The notes below the pieces were generated by a model that had not been told where the DNA came from, did no database searches, and worked only from the letters and a program-made list of their open reading frames with translations. From positions 3,040,001 through 3,104,000 of the forward strand of contig CAWEEQ010000004.1 in the NCBI GenBank assembly GCA_963808235.1: DNA of 64,000 nt, in the 5' to 3' direction. The number at the start of each line of letters is the position of its first letter. The first letter of the stretch is position 1. The position numbers and the translations under genes were made by a program. Shown piece by piece: positions 40,825 to 52,453 of this stretch. This stretch comes from an uncultured delta proteobacterium. Lineage in GTDB: Bacteria; Desulfobacterota; Binatia; Binatales; Binataceae.

Positions 40825-40950
40825 TGCAAATGGGCAAGATCAACGTCGGAAAATTGCGGCAGGCTTACAACCAGGATTAACGACTTTGTCGATTTCGGGA
40901 TCCCTTGAACGTCTATATAGCGAGACGTTGAAAAATTCCGCGGGTAGTGA

Positions 40951-41205
40951 ATGACAATGCGCAGCAGCAAAAATCACTTGGGGATCGCATTCGAGATATG
41001 GCGCTCTCAACAGACCTGGTTCTGGTTGGTCGCCAACCTCGAGCGCAACGGGAGCATCGGCGCCGCGGCTACGGAGTCGGAAGCGGAGCACGAGGCGCGA
41101 AGATCAATCGAGGAGATATCCAATTCGATTGCGCGGGAGGGCTGGGAGCGTTCGTTCCAGAATCTCGAGCGCTACCTTTCCTGCCAATGCCACGCTACGG
41201 CTTGA
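40951..41205 (+). CDS. Hypothetical small protein
   Basis: 84 aa ORF, FEIWRSQQTWFWLV...GSIGAAATESEAEHEAR. Confidence 0.55.
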   Translation: MTMRSSKNHLGIAFEIWRSQQTWFWLVANLERNGSIGAAATESEAEHEARRSIEEISNSIAREGWERSFQNLERYLSCQCHATA

Positions 41206-41242
41206 GCACGCTGGCCGACCGGCTTTGCGCAGGAGACAACTC

Positions 41243-42085
41243 ATGGCGGTCGCATTGATCACGGGCACCAACTCCGGAATCGGGCAACTTTCCGCGCTCG
41301 AGCTGGCGCGGCGAGGGCATCGCGTATTCGCATCGATGCGCAATCTCAAAAACGCAAGCTATATACTCGCGAAGGCCGAGAAGGAGAATCTTTCCGTCGA
41401 AACTGTCGAGCTTGACGTGACCGATGCCGGCTCCGTCTCGGCTGCGGTCGCGCATATTACGAAGCACGCGGCGCGGCTCGATGTCATTGTGAACAATGCC
41501 GGGTTCGGCTCGTTCGGCCCGATCGAAGACTACAGCGACGAAGATTTGAAGCAGGTGTTCGAGACTAACTTCTTCGGCGCAATCCGGGTTACGCGCGCCG
41601 CGCTGCCCACGATGCGCGCGCAGCGCTCGGGAACGATCATCATGGTGAGTTCGATCTCGGGGTTGCGCACGTTTCCGTTTCTGTCGGTATATTCCGCGAG
41701 CAAATTCGCGCTCGAAGCGGCAAGCAACGGGCTGCGACATGAGCTTAGGGCGCTGGGAATCCGCGTCGTCCTGATTGAGCCGGGAAACTTCAACACTCGC
41801 GCCGGCGCCAACATGCATTATCCGAGTCGCTTGAAAGATGGCTTTGCGCGAGGCACCAGCGACCCGCAGTACGCGCGCGTATTGGAGCAGTACCGTACAG
41901 CCAGCGGAACTCGAAAGTTCGGTGACGCAAATGATGTTGCGCAGGTAATAGCGGATGCGGCAGAAGCGGAGAATCCGAAGGCGCGCTACCTCGTTGGCAA
42001 AGACGCCGAGGAATTTGCCGCGCTCAGTCCAGACGATTTTGAGCGGGCGATGATCAAAAGAACGACCCTGCCAAATCTGAAGTAG
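41243..42085 (+). CDS. SDR family oxidoreductase
   Basis: TGTNSGIG, NNAG, YSASK; SD AGGAG. Confidence 0.93.
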   Translation: MAVALITGTNSGIGQLSALELARRGHRVFASMRNLKNASYILAKAEKENLSVETVELDVTDAGSVSAAVAHITKHAARLDVIVNNAGFGSFGPIEDYSDEDLKQVFETNFFGAIRVTRAALPTMRAQRSGTIIMVSSISGLRTFPFLSVYSASKFALEAASNGLRHELRALGIRVVLIEPGNFNTRAGANMHYPSRLKDGFARGTSDPQYARVLEQYRTASGTRKFGDANDVAQVIADAAEAENPKARYLVGKDAEEFAALSPDDFERAMIKRTTLPNLK

Positions 42086-42095
42086 AGAAGACTCC

Positions 42096-42989
42096 ATGGA
42101 AAAACCGCAGGAATATTATCGAAACGATGGTCCGATGACGGCGGCGGGTGCGTATCGCGGGGAGCTGAGCGTGCTGCCAAACGATCTCGCATCGCTATGC
42201 GAAATCGTACAGGGCGTGCTGATACATCGCGATATGGCGCCGTTTTTGTACAATCTCAAACTATCCGAAGAGCAACGCGACGACGGGCACATCCGTAGGC
42301 TGGCGCGAATGCTGACGCGGATTCACGAGCTCGACTCGCGTCCACTGACGACGGCGCGCGAGCCGGCGCATCGCCTGCCCAGCGTATGCCGCCATTTTTC
42401 GCTGATGCTATCCGCCATGCTCAATGAGCATGGCGTTCCTGCGCGGCCGCGATGCGGTTTCGGCGCGTACTTCAACGCGGGCAAGTTCGAAGACCATTGG
42501 GTGTGCGAGTACTGGAACGATGCGGAGAGGCGCTGGGTATTGGTCGACGCTCAGCTCGATGCGGTGCAGAAGAAGCAATTCAGACCCGACTTCAATACCC
42601 TCGACGTGCCGCGCGATCGGTTTATCATCGCGGGCGACGCGTGGCAGATGTGCCGTTCCGGTCGCGCCGACGCAAGCAACTTCGGGCTCTCGATGGTACC
42701 CGGCTTGCGCGGGATGTGGTTTATCGCGGGCAACGTGGTGCGCGACCTCGCGTCGCTCAACGGGATGGCGATGCTGCCGTGGGACGTTTGGGGTTTGATG
42801 GAGATGACTGATGACGCACTGACCGAGGAGAAAAAGAAGTTGCTCGACCATGTCGCGGAGCTCACCCTTGGGGGAGACGAAGCATTCCCGGATATCCGCG
42901 AAATCTACGAGTCCGACGAGCGCCTGCGCGTGCCGCCGGTGGTTTTCAACGCGCTCCGCAACGCGCCCGAATCGATCGCGAACCCTTGA
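42096..42989 (+). CDS. Transglutaminase-like protein
   Basis: Catalytic triad-like motifs CRHF, DHWVCEYW, VDAQ. Confidence 0.88.
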   Translation: MEKPQEYYRNDGPMTAAGAYRGELSVLPNDLASLCEIVQGVLIHRDMAPFLYNLKLSEEQRDDGHIRRLARMLTRIHELDSRPLTTAREPAHRLPSVCRHFSLMLSAMLNEHGVPARPRCGFGAYFNAGKFEDHWVCEYWNDAERRWVLVDAQLDAVQKKQFRPDFNTLDVPRDRFIIAGDAWQMCRSGRADASNFGLSMVPGLRGMWFIAGNVVRDLASLNGMAMLPWDVWGLMEMTDDALTEEKKKLLDHVAELTLGGDEAFPDIREIYESDERLRVPPVVFNALRNAPESIANP

Positions 42990-42995
42990 AAAACG

Positions 42996-43026
42996 ACTGG
43001 CGCGGAGCAGTTTGCTCCGCGCCAGT
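42996..43026. terminator. Bidirectional terminator hairpin
   Basis: ACTGGCGCGGAGCA-GTT-TGCTCCGCGCCAGT, a 14-bp stem between convergent genes. Confidence 0.85.
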
Positions 43027-43062
43027 TTCTAACCAGTTATAAGGCTTCTTTTGCCAGAGGGC

Positions 43063-44358
43063 TTAAGGAGCCGCGGCTACCATCGCCTTCACAGTGCAGA
43101 AGTCCTTGTCGACGGCGCCCATGTTGATGTACCAGCATTCGCGCTCGGGCGTGTGCTGACCGGGCAGATAGCACATCGTGGAGAAATTGCCCTGCGTGTC
43201 GATCGACGCCGCACCCACTACGAACTCCCGCTTGAACGGGTAGATCGCGACGCGCGCATCGGGAACCGGGCGGTCACGATACGCGAGCCAGTAGATATGC
43301 GTGCGCCACAGATGACCCTTCTGGTCGTAGGTGTCGATGTACGGTTCGAACCACACCTCGCCGTCCAGGTAGATCGTGGTGGACTTGTCGAGCGCGCTCG
43401 GATTGTTCGTATCGCGCCGGGGGGTCGCCTCGACGATGTACATATGGCGCATTTCCCATGCCTCGGGGCATGCGGTCGCACCGCCATCGTAGGGGCAAGT
43501 CACTTCGGGCGAATGCTGCGCATGAACGCTCGCGAGCATCTGCTTCTCGCCGAGGAACTTGTAGTTGTACTCCTCGGTCTTGGGGTTGAAGCCGGAATAA
43601 TGGTCGGGATCGTAGCTCTGCGCACCAGTGGCGCTGGAGAGAATCGCCTCGTTCAGGCGGCGGACGCGGCGGCTGCCGGGCGTCCAATCCCAGCTATCGT
43701 CGCCACGCTTCGGATCCGCGTAGCGATAACGGATGAGTCCGGTTCCACGGGCCTCCTGCGGCGAGAGCACGGGGTAGAGTGCGAACAGCCACAGCCGGCC
43801 GGACTGCTTGAAGTCCGGATCGACGGGAATCGGCTCGACCTCGGTGCGACCGACCAGGTTGTAACCGGCATAGTGACCGACCTGGATATCGTCGATCATC
43901 TTCTGTTCCTCACCCGAACGAACGTACTGGCTCTGGCAATCGTAGAAGCGCAGATCGTAGTCGTCACTTTGGATCGGACGGAACACGTTGTTCCAAACGA
44001 TTTTAGCCCCGACGTAGGGATCATTCGGATCGATTAACGGAAACGGTTGGCCGGCGACGTATCCGATCATGCTGCGATGATCGTTGGTGAGCCTGACCTG
44101 CGCCGAATATTTTTCCGTTGCGTCTTTGTATGGGGGCGGCCAATCGACCCGCTCGGTGGGGACGATATTCATCCGCATCCCATGAGTAATAGTGTAGAAA
44201 ACCCCTGGCGATACCAGGTCTTTTACCTGCGCCGAGTTCTCCGGTGTAATAACGTCACCTGGCTTCACAGTGGCATTTGCTGACGCCACAATGAGGCATA
44301 AGCCCATCGTCAACGCCCCCATGCCCAGCAACGTCTTCCCAAAAACCTGCCTGACCAT
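43063..44358 (-). CDS. DUF1329 domain secreted protein
   Basis: Signal peptide, PGDVITPEN, GQPFP.IDPNDP, PGSRRVRR; SD GGAGG. Confidence 0.88.
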   Translation of the reverse strand: MVRQVFGKTLLGMGALTMGLCLIVASANATVKPGDVITPENSAQVKDLVSPGVFYTITHGMRMNIVPTERVDWPPPYKDATEKYSAQVRLTNDHRSMIGYVAGQPFPLIDPNDPYVGAKIVWNNVFRPIQSDDYDLRFYDCQSQYVRSGEEQKMIDDIQVGHYAGYNLVGRTEVEPIPVDPDFKQSGRLWLFALYPVLSPQEARGTGLIRYRYADPKRGDDSWDWTPGSRRVRRLNEAILSSATGAQSYDPDHYSGFNPKTEEYNYKFLGEKQMLASVHAQHSPEVTCPYDGGATACPEAWEMRHMYIVEATPRRDTNNPSALDKSTTIYLDGEVWFEPYIDTYDQKGHLWRTHIYWLAYRDRPVPDARVAIYPFKREFVVGAASIDTQGNFSTMCYLPGQHTPERECWYINMGAVDKDFCTVKAMVAAAP

Positions 44359-44532
44359 CCCTAGGACCTCCTGTCCATCATATGAACCATCATTGTGGGT
44401 CTCGAAATTGCTCGAAGTCAAGTAAGTAAATTTCATGTCGTCGTAATGTTCTTATAGCCTACATTTTGATGAATCAAGGGGTGAAAATGCGGCAGGACGC
44501 GTTTAGACGGCGGGCTTAAGGAAATTGCGGCA

Positions 44533-46668
44533 TTATTCGTAGCGGAGCGCGTCGATCGGATGGAGCATCGACGCCTTGCGCGCCGGATAATAGCCAAAAA
44601 ACACGCCGACCGCCGCCGAAAAGATGAACCCGCCGACCACCGCCACCGGCGACACCAGGGTGGGCCATTCCGCGAGAGCTGAAATCAGCTTCGAGATCAG
44701 GATGCCGAGCACGATCCCCGCGAACCCGCCCATCACCGAGAGCATCATCGCCTCGACCAGGAACTGGAGCATGATATGGATTCGGCGCGCGCCGATAGCC
44801 ATCCGGATACCGATTTCGCGGGTCCGCTCGGTCACCGAGACCAGCATGATATTCATGATTCCGATTCCACCCACCAGCAGGGAAATCGACGCCACCGACA
44901 GCAGCAGCAGGGTCATCACCTGGGTGGCGTTCTCGGAGGCGGCCGCAATTTCGCTCAAGTTGCGGACCGTGAAGTCGTCATCCTGTCTCGCCTGTATATG
45001 ATGGCGCTCGTGCAGCGTGTGCGTGATTTGCGCAACCGCGTTGTCAACCTGGTCGGAGCTGCTCGCCTTGATGTACACGGTGTTGACGACGCCGGTGATT
45101 TTCGGCGCACCGCCGAACGGGCTGGCCGCTTCGCTCGAGCTGTAAACCGAATTGGTGGTCGGCACTGTGGCGTAAGGATTGGACGCGCTGGCGGTGGCTA
45201 CTGCCGCGGGCGTGGGTGCCGCTGACGGCCCCGAGACGCCGAGCACCTTGCGTTCCGCGGTGTTGAACGGAACGATTACGACGTCGTCCTGATCCTGCCC
45301 GTAACTGGACTGTCCCTTGATCGAGAGCACGCCGATCACTTTCATGGGAAAGTTCTTGACCCTAATCGTCGCGCCGACCGGATTCTGTCCCTCGCCGAAC
45401 AGATTGTTCACCACTGTTTGTCCGAGCAGGCATACCGCCGCGCCGGCCTTTTCCTCGGAGTCGGTGAAGATGCGTCCGATCGACGGCGGCCAATCGCGGA
45501 TCGCAAAATAGTTTGACGTGGTGCCCTGGATGTTGGTGCTCCAGTTATGATTGCCGGAGACCACCTGCGCGACCTGCCGATCCATGTAGGTGACCAGCGC
45601 GATCGCGCCACCGCTGCGCCCAATCGCCTGCGCGTCGGCAACCGTCAGGGTGGAATTGCTACCGAGCCCTGCGCGGACGCCGTTGGAGGTCGTCGCACCG
45701 GGCACCACTACCAGCAGATTGGTGCCGAGGCTGTTGATTTGCGCCTCGACCGAAGATTTCGCACCGTCGCCCACCGCGACCATCGTGATTACCGCCGCGA
45801 CTCCGATAAAAATACCCAGCATCGTGAGCGCCGCGCGCAGTTTATTGCGCTTGATCGCGCGCGCCGCCGCGACCATCGCCATCCGGGCAAACGTCCACGC
45901 GGTGTCGGTTATCGAGGCAGCTTGCCCGGTCGCATCCATGGCCGGGGTATGAGCGGCGGATGCGGCCGCGTTGGCGGCGGCCCCCTCTTTTCGGGTGTCG
46001 GAGATGATCACGCCATCGCGGAAGGTCACCACCCGGTCCGCGTAGGCCGCGACGTCGGGATCGTGCGTGACCACGATCACCGTGATTCCCTGTTCGCGAT
46101 TGAGCTTGGTGAGCACGTCCATTATCTCGGCCGAGTTGGTCGAGTCGAGATTGCCGGTCGGCTCGTCGGCCAGCAGGATCGACGGCCGATTCACCAGCGC
46201 GCGCGCGATCGCGACGCGTTGCTGCTGCCCGCCCGAGAGTTGGTTCGGATGGCTTTGGTCGCGGCCCGCTAACCCGACCAGTTTCACCAGATCGGCGGCG
46301 CGATGCTCTCCGTCGGGAGTCCACGCGGAATAGAACAGCGGCAGCTCAACGTTCTCGAGCGCCGAGGTTCGCGACAGCAGGTTGAAATTCTGGAAGACGA
46401 ACCCGATTCGCCGGCTGCTGATCGCGGCGAGTTGCGACTCGTTGAGCAGGGAGACATCCTCGCCCTCGAGAAAATAATGGCCGCTGGTCGGCAGATCGAG
46501 GCATCCGAGCATGTTCATCAGGGTCGACTTGCCCGAGCCCGACGCGCCCATTATCGCCAGGAACTCGCCGCGCTCGATCTTCAGGCTCGCGCCGCGCAGC
46601 GCGTGAACCTCGACCTCGCCAAGCACATAGGTCTTGGTCAGATCGACCAGTTCAATCACGCTGCTCAT
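44533..46668 (-). CDS. macB: MacB-type ABC transporter (fused NBD + permease)
   Basis: [48 protein letters not shown]. Confidence 0.92.
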   Translation of the reverse strand: MSSVIELVDLTKTYVLGEVEVHALRGASLKIERGEFLAIMGASGSGKSTLMNMLGCLDLPTSGHYFLEGEDVSLLNESQLAAISSRRIGFVFQNFNLLSRTSALENVELPLFYSAWTPDGEHRAADLVKLVGLAGRDQSHPNQLSGGQQQRVAIARALVNRPSILLADEPTGNLDSTNSAEIMDVLTKLNREQGITVIVVTHDPDVAAYADRVVTFRDGVIISDTRKEGAAANAAASAAHTPAMDATGQAASITDTAWTFARMAMVAAARAIKRNKLRAALTMLGIFIGVAAVITMVAVGDGAKSSVEAQINSLGTNLLVVVPGATTSNGVRAGLGSNSTLTVADAQAIGRSGGAIALVTYMDRQVAQVVSGNHNWSTNIQGTTSNYFAIRDWPPSIGRIFTDSEEKAGAAVCLLGQTVVNNLFGEGQNPVGATIRVKNFPMKVIGVLSIKGQSSYGQDQDDVVIVPFNTAERKVLGVSGPSAAPTPAAVATASASNPYATVPTTNSVYSSSEAASPFGGAPKITGVVNTVYIKASSSDQVDNAVAQITHTLHERHHIQARQDDDFTVRNLSEIAAASENATQVMTLLLLSVASISLLVGGIGIMNIMLVSVTERTREIGIRMAIGARRIHIMLQFLVEAMMLSVMGGFAGIVLGILISKLISALAEWPTLVSPVAVVGGFIFSAAVGVFFGYYPARKASMLHPIDALRYE

Positions 46669-46684
46669 CGCAAAAACCCTGTCG

Positions 46685-47909
46685 CTAATGCGGCATGTGC
46701 CCCATCGAGGGCATCCCGCCGCCTCCGCCGCTATGCGACGACGATGATCCCGAGGGATGCGGTAGCGCGGTGCGAATTTCGTCGGTCACTACGCGATCGC
46801 CGGGCTGCACATCGCCCTCGGCGACTTCGACAAAGGTTCCGTCGCTGAGCCCGGTGGTAATCGTGACCGGCGATACTTTGCGACTCTTCTTGCACCCAGA
46901 CCCGAGTCTGCTGGCCCGGCGCTCCGTCAATCGCCGCGGAGTTCGCAGGCGGTTGTCCGACCGGCGCAAAGCGCAACGCGTCGATCGGGACGCGCACGAC
47001 ATTGCCTTTCGATGCCGTGACCACGTTTACGTTTGCCGTCATCCCCGGCTTCAGCATCAGCTCGGGATTTTCAACGCTCACGACCACATCGTAGGTGACC
47101 ACGTTCTGGACCGTGATCGGCGCCTGGCGAACCTGGCTTACCAGGCCCTCGAAGTCGCGGTCGGGAAACGCGTCGACCCGAAAGGTCGCTTTCTGCCCGT
47201 TCTTGACGTAGCCGATATCGGACTCGCTGACATTGGAGTCCACCTGCATCTTGGTGAGATCCTGCGCGATCAGAAAAAGCGTCGGGGTCTGAAAGCTCGC
47301 CGCGACGGTCTGTCCCACGTCGACGTTGCGCGAGACCACGGTGCCGTCCACCGGCGACACGATATTGGTGTAGTTCAGATTGATCTCGGCCGCCGCGACA
47401 TTGGCCGTCTGCTGCTGGATACTCGCGCGATCGAGATTCACCTGCGCGACATCCATCTGCCAGGCGCTGTACGCCGAATCCACGACGTCCTTCGAGACCG
47501 CGTCCGCCTTGAACAGCGCCAGGTTACGCTCGTAGGTGACTTTCTTGTAGGCGAGATCGGCCTGGTCCTTGCCGAGCTGCGCCTTGGAGTTCGCAAGCGT
47601 GGCATGCGCGATATCGACCGTCGTCTGGTACGGACGCGGATCGATTTTCGCGATCGGTTGGCCCTTCTTTACGGGCGCGTTGTAGTCGGCATAGATTGCG
47701 GTGATCGGTCCCGAGACGTAAGTGCCGACCTGCACCGTGATGACCGGATTGACCGTTCCAGTCGCCGTAACCGAGCGAACGATCGGCCCTTCGGTAACCT
47801 TGGCGGTAACGATTCTGGGCGCGGTCGAACTTCCGGCCAGAAAGTAGTAGCTGGCTAAGATGATGAGCGCACCAATCCCGAGCATCCATGCGGTACTTTT
47901 GAATCTCAT
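46685..47909 (-). CDS. MacA-like periplasmic adaptor subunit (frameshift near 46880)
   Basis: VQVGTYVSG, SPVDGTVV, GQTVAASFQTPTLF, LKPGMTA. Confidence 0.9.
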
Positions 47910-48083
47910 CGACGGTGCTCAATTATTATCCGGCAAGGCATAGGTTTCCAGTGGACTATCAACTGTTAGACGGAAATCAGCAGCGCAAGTTTCGTCGCGT
48001 AAGGGGCTATACGGCGGTTGTCAAATTGCGTTTCGAGGGCAACAGATCGGAATCCATCGCCAATTCAAGAGGGACCGAACAAT

Positions 48084-49271
48084 ATGGACGAGCAGCAACC
48101 GCCGCTTAAGGGGATCAAGGCCGTCGATCTGACCCGCTATCTCGCGGGGCCCTTCTGCACCCAGATTCTTGGCGACTACGGCGCGGAGATTTTCAAGATC
48201 GAAGCGGTCGAGAATCCGCGCGGCGAGATGGGTGAGAACAAGGGCCGCGATAATTATTTCTTCCTGAGCGCGAATCGATCCAAGAAGAGTCTCCGCATCG
48301 CGATCAAAAAGCCTGAGGGCCGCGATATACTGATGCGGCTAATCGACGCCGCTGACATCGTGGTCGACAATTTCCGGCCGGGCGTGATGAAAGCGCTCGG
48401 GCTCGACTACGAGCAACTCTCGGCGCGCAATCCGCGCGTGATCACGTGCAGCATTTCAGGCTTCGGCTCGACTGGGCCGCTGCGCGACTTTCCAGGCTTC
48501 GATCAAATCGCACAAGGGATGTCGGGCCTGATGAGCGTGACCGGAACCGCGGAGAGCGGCCCGACGCGAGTCGGGATCGCGATTTGCGATCTGCTCGGCG
48601 GAATTTTTTCGGCGCAGGGAATCCTGCTGGCGCTCGAGGCGCGGCATCGCACCGGCCTCGGGCAGCGGGTCGAGACTTCGCTGCTCGAATCGATCGTGAG
48701 CATCCTGACCTGGTCGGCGGGAATTTACTTCGAGACCGGGCGGACGCCGGGGCCGGCGGGCAACAATCATCCGCTCTCGTCGCCGCATGGAGTCTTCAAG
48801 GCTTCGGACCGCCCGTTCAACATCGCATGCGGGAACGAGGCGATGTGGAAAAAGTTCGTCGTTGCGATCGGCCGGCCGGAACTCGGCGCCGACGAGCGAT
48901 TCAAGGGAAGCGGGCGGCGAATAAAGAATCGCGCCGCGCTGAGCGAAGAAATCAATCGCGCGCTCGCCGCGCATGCGGCGGATCACTGGATCGACTTGCT
49001 CAATCGCGAGGGAATCCCGACCGGACCGATTCTCACCGTCGAGGAAATGTTCAAGCATCCGCAAACCGCGGCGCGCGAGATGCTTTTGAAACTCCCGCAC
49101 CCGGAGCTCGGCGAATTTCTCACGACTGGGCTCGCAGCAAAGCTCGAGGCGACGCCCGGCGAGATCACGCGCCCACCACTGGTAGGAGAGCACACCGACG
49201 AAGTGCTCACCGCTCATGGATATTCAGCAGAGGATCTAACGCGCCTGCGCTCGAGTGGAGTGATCGCGTAA
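48084..49271 (+). CDS. CaiB/BaiF family III CoA-transferase
   Basis: LAGPFCTQILGDYGA, NRSKKS, DNFRPG, GEHTDEVL. Confidence 0.93.
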   Translation: MDEQQPPLKGIKAVDLTRYLAGPFCTQILGDYGAEIFKIEAVENPRGEMGENKGRDNYFFLSANRSKKSLRIAIKKPEGRDILMRLIDAADIVVDNFRPGVMKALGLDYEQLSARNPRVITCSISGFGSTGPLRDFPGFDQIAQGMSGLMSVTGTAESGPTRVGIAICDLLGGIFSAQGILLALEARHRTGLGQRVETSLLESIVSILTWSAGIYFETGRTPGPAGNNHPLSSPHGVFKASDRPFNIACGNEAMWKKFVVAIGRPELGADERFKGSGRRIKNRAALSEEINRALAAHAADHWIDLLNREGIPTGPILTVEEMFKHPQTAAREMLLKLPHPELGEFLTTGLAAKLEATPGEITRPPLVGEHTDEVLTAHGYSAEDLTRLRSSGVIA

Positions 49272-49276
49272 GAGAT

Positions 49277-49301
49277 TTACCTCTCCCCTCCGGAGAGGTA
49301 A
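49277..49301. terminator. Hairpin between convergent genes (terminator/REP-like)
   Basis: TTACCTCTCC-CCTCC-GGAGAGGTAA. Confidence 0.65.
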
Positions 49302-49324
49302 GAACTTTCCGCCGACTTCACTAT

Positions 49325-50824
49325 TCACCTCACTTCAACGCGACCGGCTTCGAGGCGCCATTCAATCGCCGTGCACTTTCCCGCGAGTGCGTCGTCATGC
49401 GTCACGATTACCATCGCGCCGGGATACTCGATGAGTGCTTCCTCGAGGCGTTCGATCGCCGGCATATCGAGATGATTGGTCGGCTCGTCGAGGACCATCG
49501 CCCAAACCTGGCGGCCGAGACCGTAGGCCATCGCTAGCTTGCGCGCCTCGCCGGGCGAAGGCGACGCGGACTCGAGCAGGCGATCAGGATCGACGCCGAG
49601 CGCAGCGACGAGGCTGAGCACGCGACCACGCTCGCAAGGAGGCAGTTCGCGAACCGAGTTGAGCATTGCGGCGCCGTCATGCGCGGTAAGTTCCTGCGGC
49701 AGATACAAAATTCGCGAGGATGCGACGTGAGCGCCGCGCATCATCGCCGCGAGCAGCGTGCTCTTGCCAATTCCGTTGGGGCCGGCGACACGAATTTTCG
49801 CATCGCGGAGCACCGCCAGGTGCACGTCTTCCAACAGCGCCACACCGCCCGCCGATATCACTGCTTCGTCGAGCGTGAAGATCTTTGCGGCGGGCGCAGG
49901 CACGTAATCGACGAACACCGCCCGTCCTTTGTCTTTGCGGAACTTGTAATCGCCGAGCTTCACCGAGACTCGGTCCACGCTCGCACGGAGAACTCCCGCA
50001 TCGCGGGAGAGTCTGCGCGAGGCCATCTCGGCCTTTCCCTTCGCAAGCATGCTGGTGGCGTCGTGATCGCCGCGAAACTTCATCCGCTTTCGAGTGCCTG
50101 CGTTGGCCTCCCACTCGGCCGACATTGCGACGCGGCGCTTGTCGGCGAGTCGGCGCACCAACGTCGCGCGCTGATTCTTCAGCGCTTCGTATTTCGCATG
50201 ATGCTCCCGCTCTTCGGCTTCCCATGCGCACTTCGCGCCGCTGTAACTGCCACGCCAGATGCGCGCGCCGCCGTCGTGAACTCGCACTGTGTATCCCGTG
50301 ATACGGTCGAGCAGCGCGCGATCGTGAGAGACGACGATTCCGACTCCGCGAAAACGCTCGAGGCCGGCTATCAGCAACTCGCGCGCTTCAACGTCCAGGT
50401 GATCGGTCGGCTCGTCGAGCATCAGCACTGCGGGCTCTGCCGCGAGTGCGGCGCCAACTTGCCATCGCTTGCGCTCGCCGGGCGACAGAGTCGTCCATCG
50501 CGAGAGCATCACGGGGTCGAGGCGTAACTCGCCATGGATTCGTCGCGCGCTGCCGTCGAGCGCCTGGGCGAACGACGCAATCTCCATTGTCATCGTCTCG
50601 ACGGTCTGCGCGCAGACCTGAATCAGCGCGGCGGGCGGATCGAGATGAACATGACCCGCCGTCGGTTCGAGATCGCACGCGATAAGGCGAAGCAAGGTGG
50701 TCTTGCCGTTGCCGTTGGCGCCGACCACGCCGGTCCATCCGGGCGCGAGCGTGAGCGTCACGTCAGAGAGAATCGAAACCGAATCGGCGTACGAAAAAGA
50801 GAGACCTGATAGTCGCACGAACAT
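49325..50824 (-). CDS. ABC-F ATPase (possible ribosome-protection ARE type)
   Basis: Two NBDs (GANGNGKTT...LDEPTDHLD; GPNGIGKST...LDEPTNHLD), no TM segments, long charged inter-domain linker. Confidence 0.9.
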   Translation of the reverse strand: MFVRLSGLSFSYADSVSILSDVTLTLAPGWTGVVGANGNGKTTLLRLIACDLEPTAGHVHLDPPAALIQVCAQTVETMTMEIASFAQALDGSARRIHGELRLDPVMLSRWTTLSPGERKRWQVGAALAAEPAVLMLDEPTDHLDVEARELLIAGLERFRGVGIVVSHDRALLDRITGYTVRVHDGGARIWRGSYSGAKCAWEAEEREHHAKYEALKNQRATLVRRLADKRRVAMSAEWEANAGTRKRMKFRGDHDATSMLAKGKAEMASRRLSRDAGVLRASVDRVSVKLGDYKFRKDKGRAVFVDYVPAPAAKIFTLDEAVISAGGVALLEDVHLAVLRDAKIRVAGPNGIGKSTLLAAMMRGAHVASSRILYLPQELTAHDGAAMLNSVRELPPCERGRVLSLVAALGVDPDRLLESASPSPGEARKLAMAYGLGRQVWAMVLDEPTNHLDMPAIERLEEALIEYPGAMVIVTHDDALAGKCTAIEWRLEAGRVEVR

Positions 50825-50973
50825 AGTAACTACTCCCAATAGATGCGCGCGCAGAAAAATGGCCGCGCGAGCGTTGTCCGAAGACACGAACTATGGAGTT
50901 AGTTACTTCCGCACACCCTTAGTCTCTCCTGTTAGGATATATCGAAACTATCCGCGATACCGATCCGGGTCAA
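50825..50973 (-). promoter_or_regulatory. Promoter plus uORF/anti-SD translational attenuator leader of ABC-F
   Basis: TTGACC-17-TAGTTT; SD AGGAG then GTG uORF (MCGSN* 50916-50899 or MRK* 50914-50903); AGTAACTAACTCCATAG is complementary to CTATTGGGAGTAGTTACT, which covers the ABC-F SD. Confidence 0.72.
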
Positions 50974-50984
50974 TCGCGGCTCAT

Positions 50985-51443
50985 TCACTCCTTCTCGAAG
51001 ATGCCCTGGAGGCCGGCCTGCCCCTGTGCGATCAGCGACTGAACGCTGACCCAGTCGCCGTGTTGCGGCAGCCCTTGTGACACGAATTTGATCTGCTTGT
51101 CGTTCTGAATCTGAAGGGAAAGCGCGCTCTCGGAAGAGGTGCCGTCTACAAGTGTGGTGATCAAGGATGCCGAGCCGGCACCGTCGGGCTCGATCTCATA
51201 GGTTCCTCGGATGGTGCCCTGTTGGCCCTGAAAGATCTGTCGGCCTGACAAATTTCCGCGCCCGTCGAAAACGACTTCGCCGCTACCGATTTTGGGACCG
51301 CCCGCAAATTTAACGTAAGGTTTGATTGTCGAGGTGATCCGATACTTACCGGCCACGCTTGCGTTGGAGTAAGCCGGAGACCGATCAGCCGCTGTTGCGC
51401 ATCCAGCAAGACACGCAAGCAAAGGTAAGGCCCATCGTGTCAT
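50985..51443 (-). CDS. Lipoprotein, hypothetical (beta-barrel-like)
   Basis: Lipobox LAG-C; FDGRGNLSG...GTYEIEPDG. Confidence 0.75.
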   Translation of the reverse strand: MTRWALPLLACLAGCATAADRSPAYSNASVAGKYRITSTIKPYVKFAGGPKIGSGEVVFDGRGNLSGRQIFQGQQGTIRGTYEIEPDGAGSASLITTLVDGTSSESALSLQIQNDKQIKFVSQGLPQHGDWVSVQSLIAQGQAGLQGIFEKE

Positions 51444-51470
51444 TCGTCGTGGGAGAACTCGCTCGGCCCT

Positions 51471-52430
51471 TTACAATCCCTTCAAGAACTCGATCAGGAT
51501 CTCATTGATCTCTTTCGGGCGCTCCTGCTGGATCCAATGGCCGGCGCCGGGAATGATCACTTTCTTTTTCAGATTCGGCGTGAATGCACCGACCGACTCG
51601 TAGCGACCGGGAATCATTTTGCCGACTATGTCGTGCTCACCGGCGGCGAAGATCGAGGGCTGGCGCAGCATCGCGCCGTCGAGAAAGGGCGTCAGCTCCC
51701 AGTTGCGATCGGAGTTGCGATACCAGTTCACTCCGCCGCGAAATCCCGCTCGCCTGAACTCGCCGGCAAAGAAATCCAGATCGGCTTCCGTGAGCCACGC
51801 CGGCAGCTTCTCCGGCACCATGCCGGTTTCGATAAACTTCTTCGTCTTGGGGAACAGGAAAGAGAATCGCCCGTCCTGCGGCGCATCGCCAGAGGCGGAA
51901 TAGAGCACCATCGCCATCGAGCGGCGCGGATCGGCGTCGAGTTCCTTTTCGACTCTACCGGGCTCCTGGAAATACAGCATATAAAAGTGCTGGTCGCCGG
52001 CGAGCATCTTCATCCCGTCCGTCGGACGCATCGGGCCACGCGGAGAATACGGGACGCTCAGCAGCGCGATCGCGCGAAAGATATCGGGACGCAGCAGCGC
52101 CGAGTTCCACGCTACCGGCGCGCCCCAATCGTGCCCGACGATCACCGCCGAATCCACGCCGAGACTGTTGACCAGCCCGACGATGTCACCGACCAGGTTC
52201 AGGATGTTGTACGACTCGATCGGCTCGGGCGCTTCGGTCTGCCCGTAGCCGCGTTGATCGGGTGCAACGACTCGAAATCCCGCCGCCGCGAGCGCGGGAA
52301 TCTGATGCCGGTACGAATACCAGGACTCGGGCCATCCATGGCAAAGCACGACGAGCGGGCCCGCGCCCTGCTCGACATAGTGCATCTTGATTCCGTTGGT
52401 GGTGACAAATTTATGCTGCAACTCGGGCAT
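51471..52430 (-). CDS. Alpha/beta hydrolase, epoxide hydrolase family
   Basis: HGWPESWYS, GHDWGA, GAGHWIQQE. Confidence 0.93.
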   Translation of the reverse strand: MPELQHKFVTTNGIKMHYVEQGAGPLVVLCHGWPESWYSYRHQIPALAAAGFRVVAPDQRGYGQTEAPEPIESYNILNLVGDIVGLVNSLGVDSAVIVGHDWGAPVAWNSALLRPDIFRAIALLSVPYSPRGPMRPTDGMKMLAGDQHFYMLYFQEPGRVEKELDADPRRSMAMVLYSASGDAPQDGRFSFLFPKTKKFIETGMVPEKLPAWLTEADLDFFAGEFRRAGFRGGVNWYRNSDRNWELTPFLDGAMLRQPSIFAAGEHDIVGKMIPGRYESVGAFTPNLKKKVIIPGAGHWIQQERPKEINEILIEFLKGL

Positions 52431-52453
52431 GCTGCGATCCTTCTCGGTCAGTT

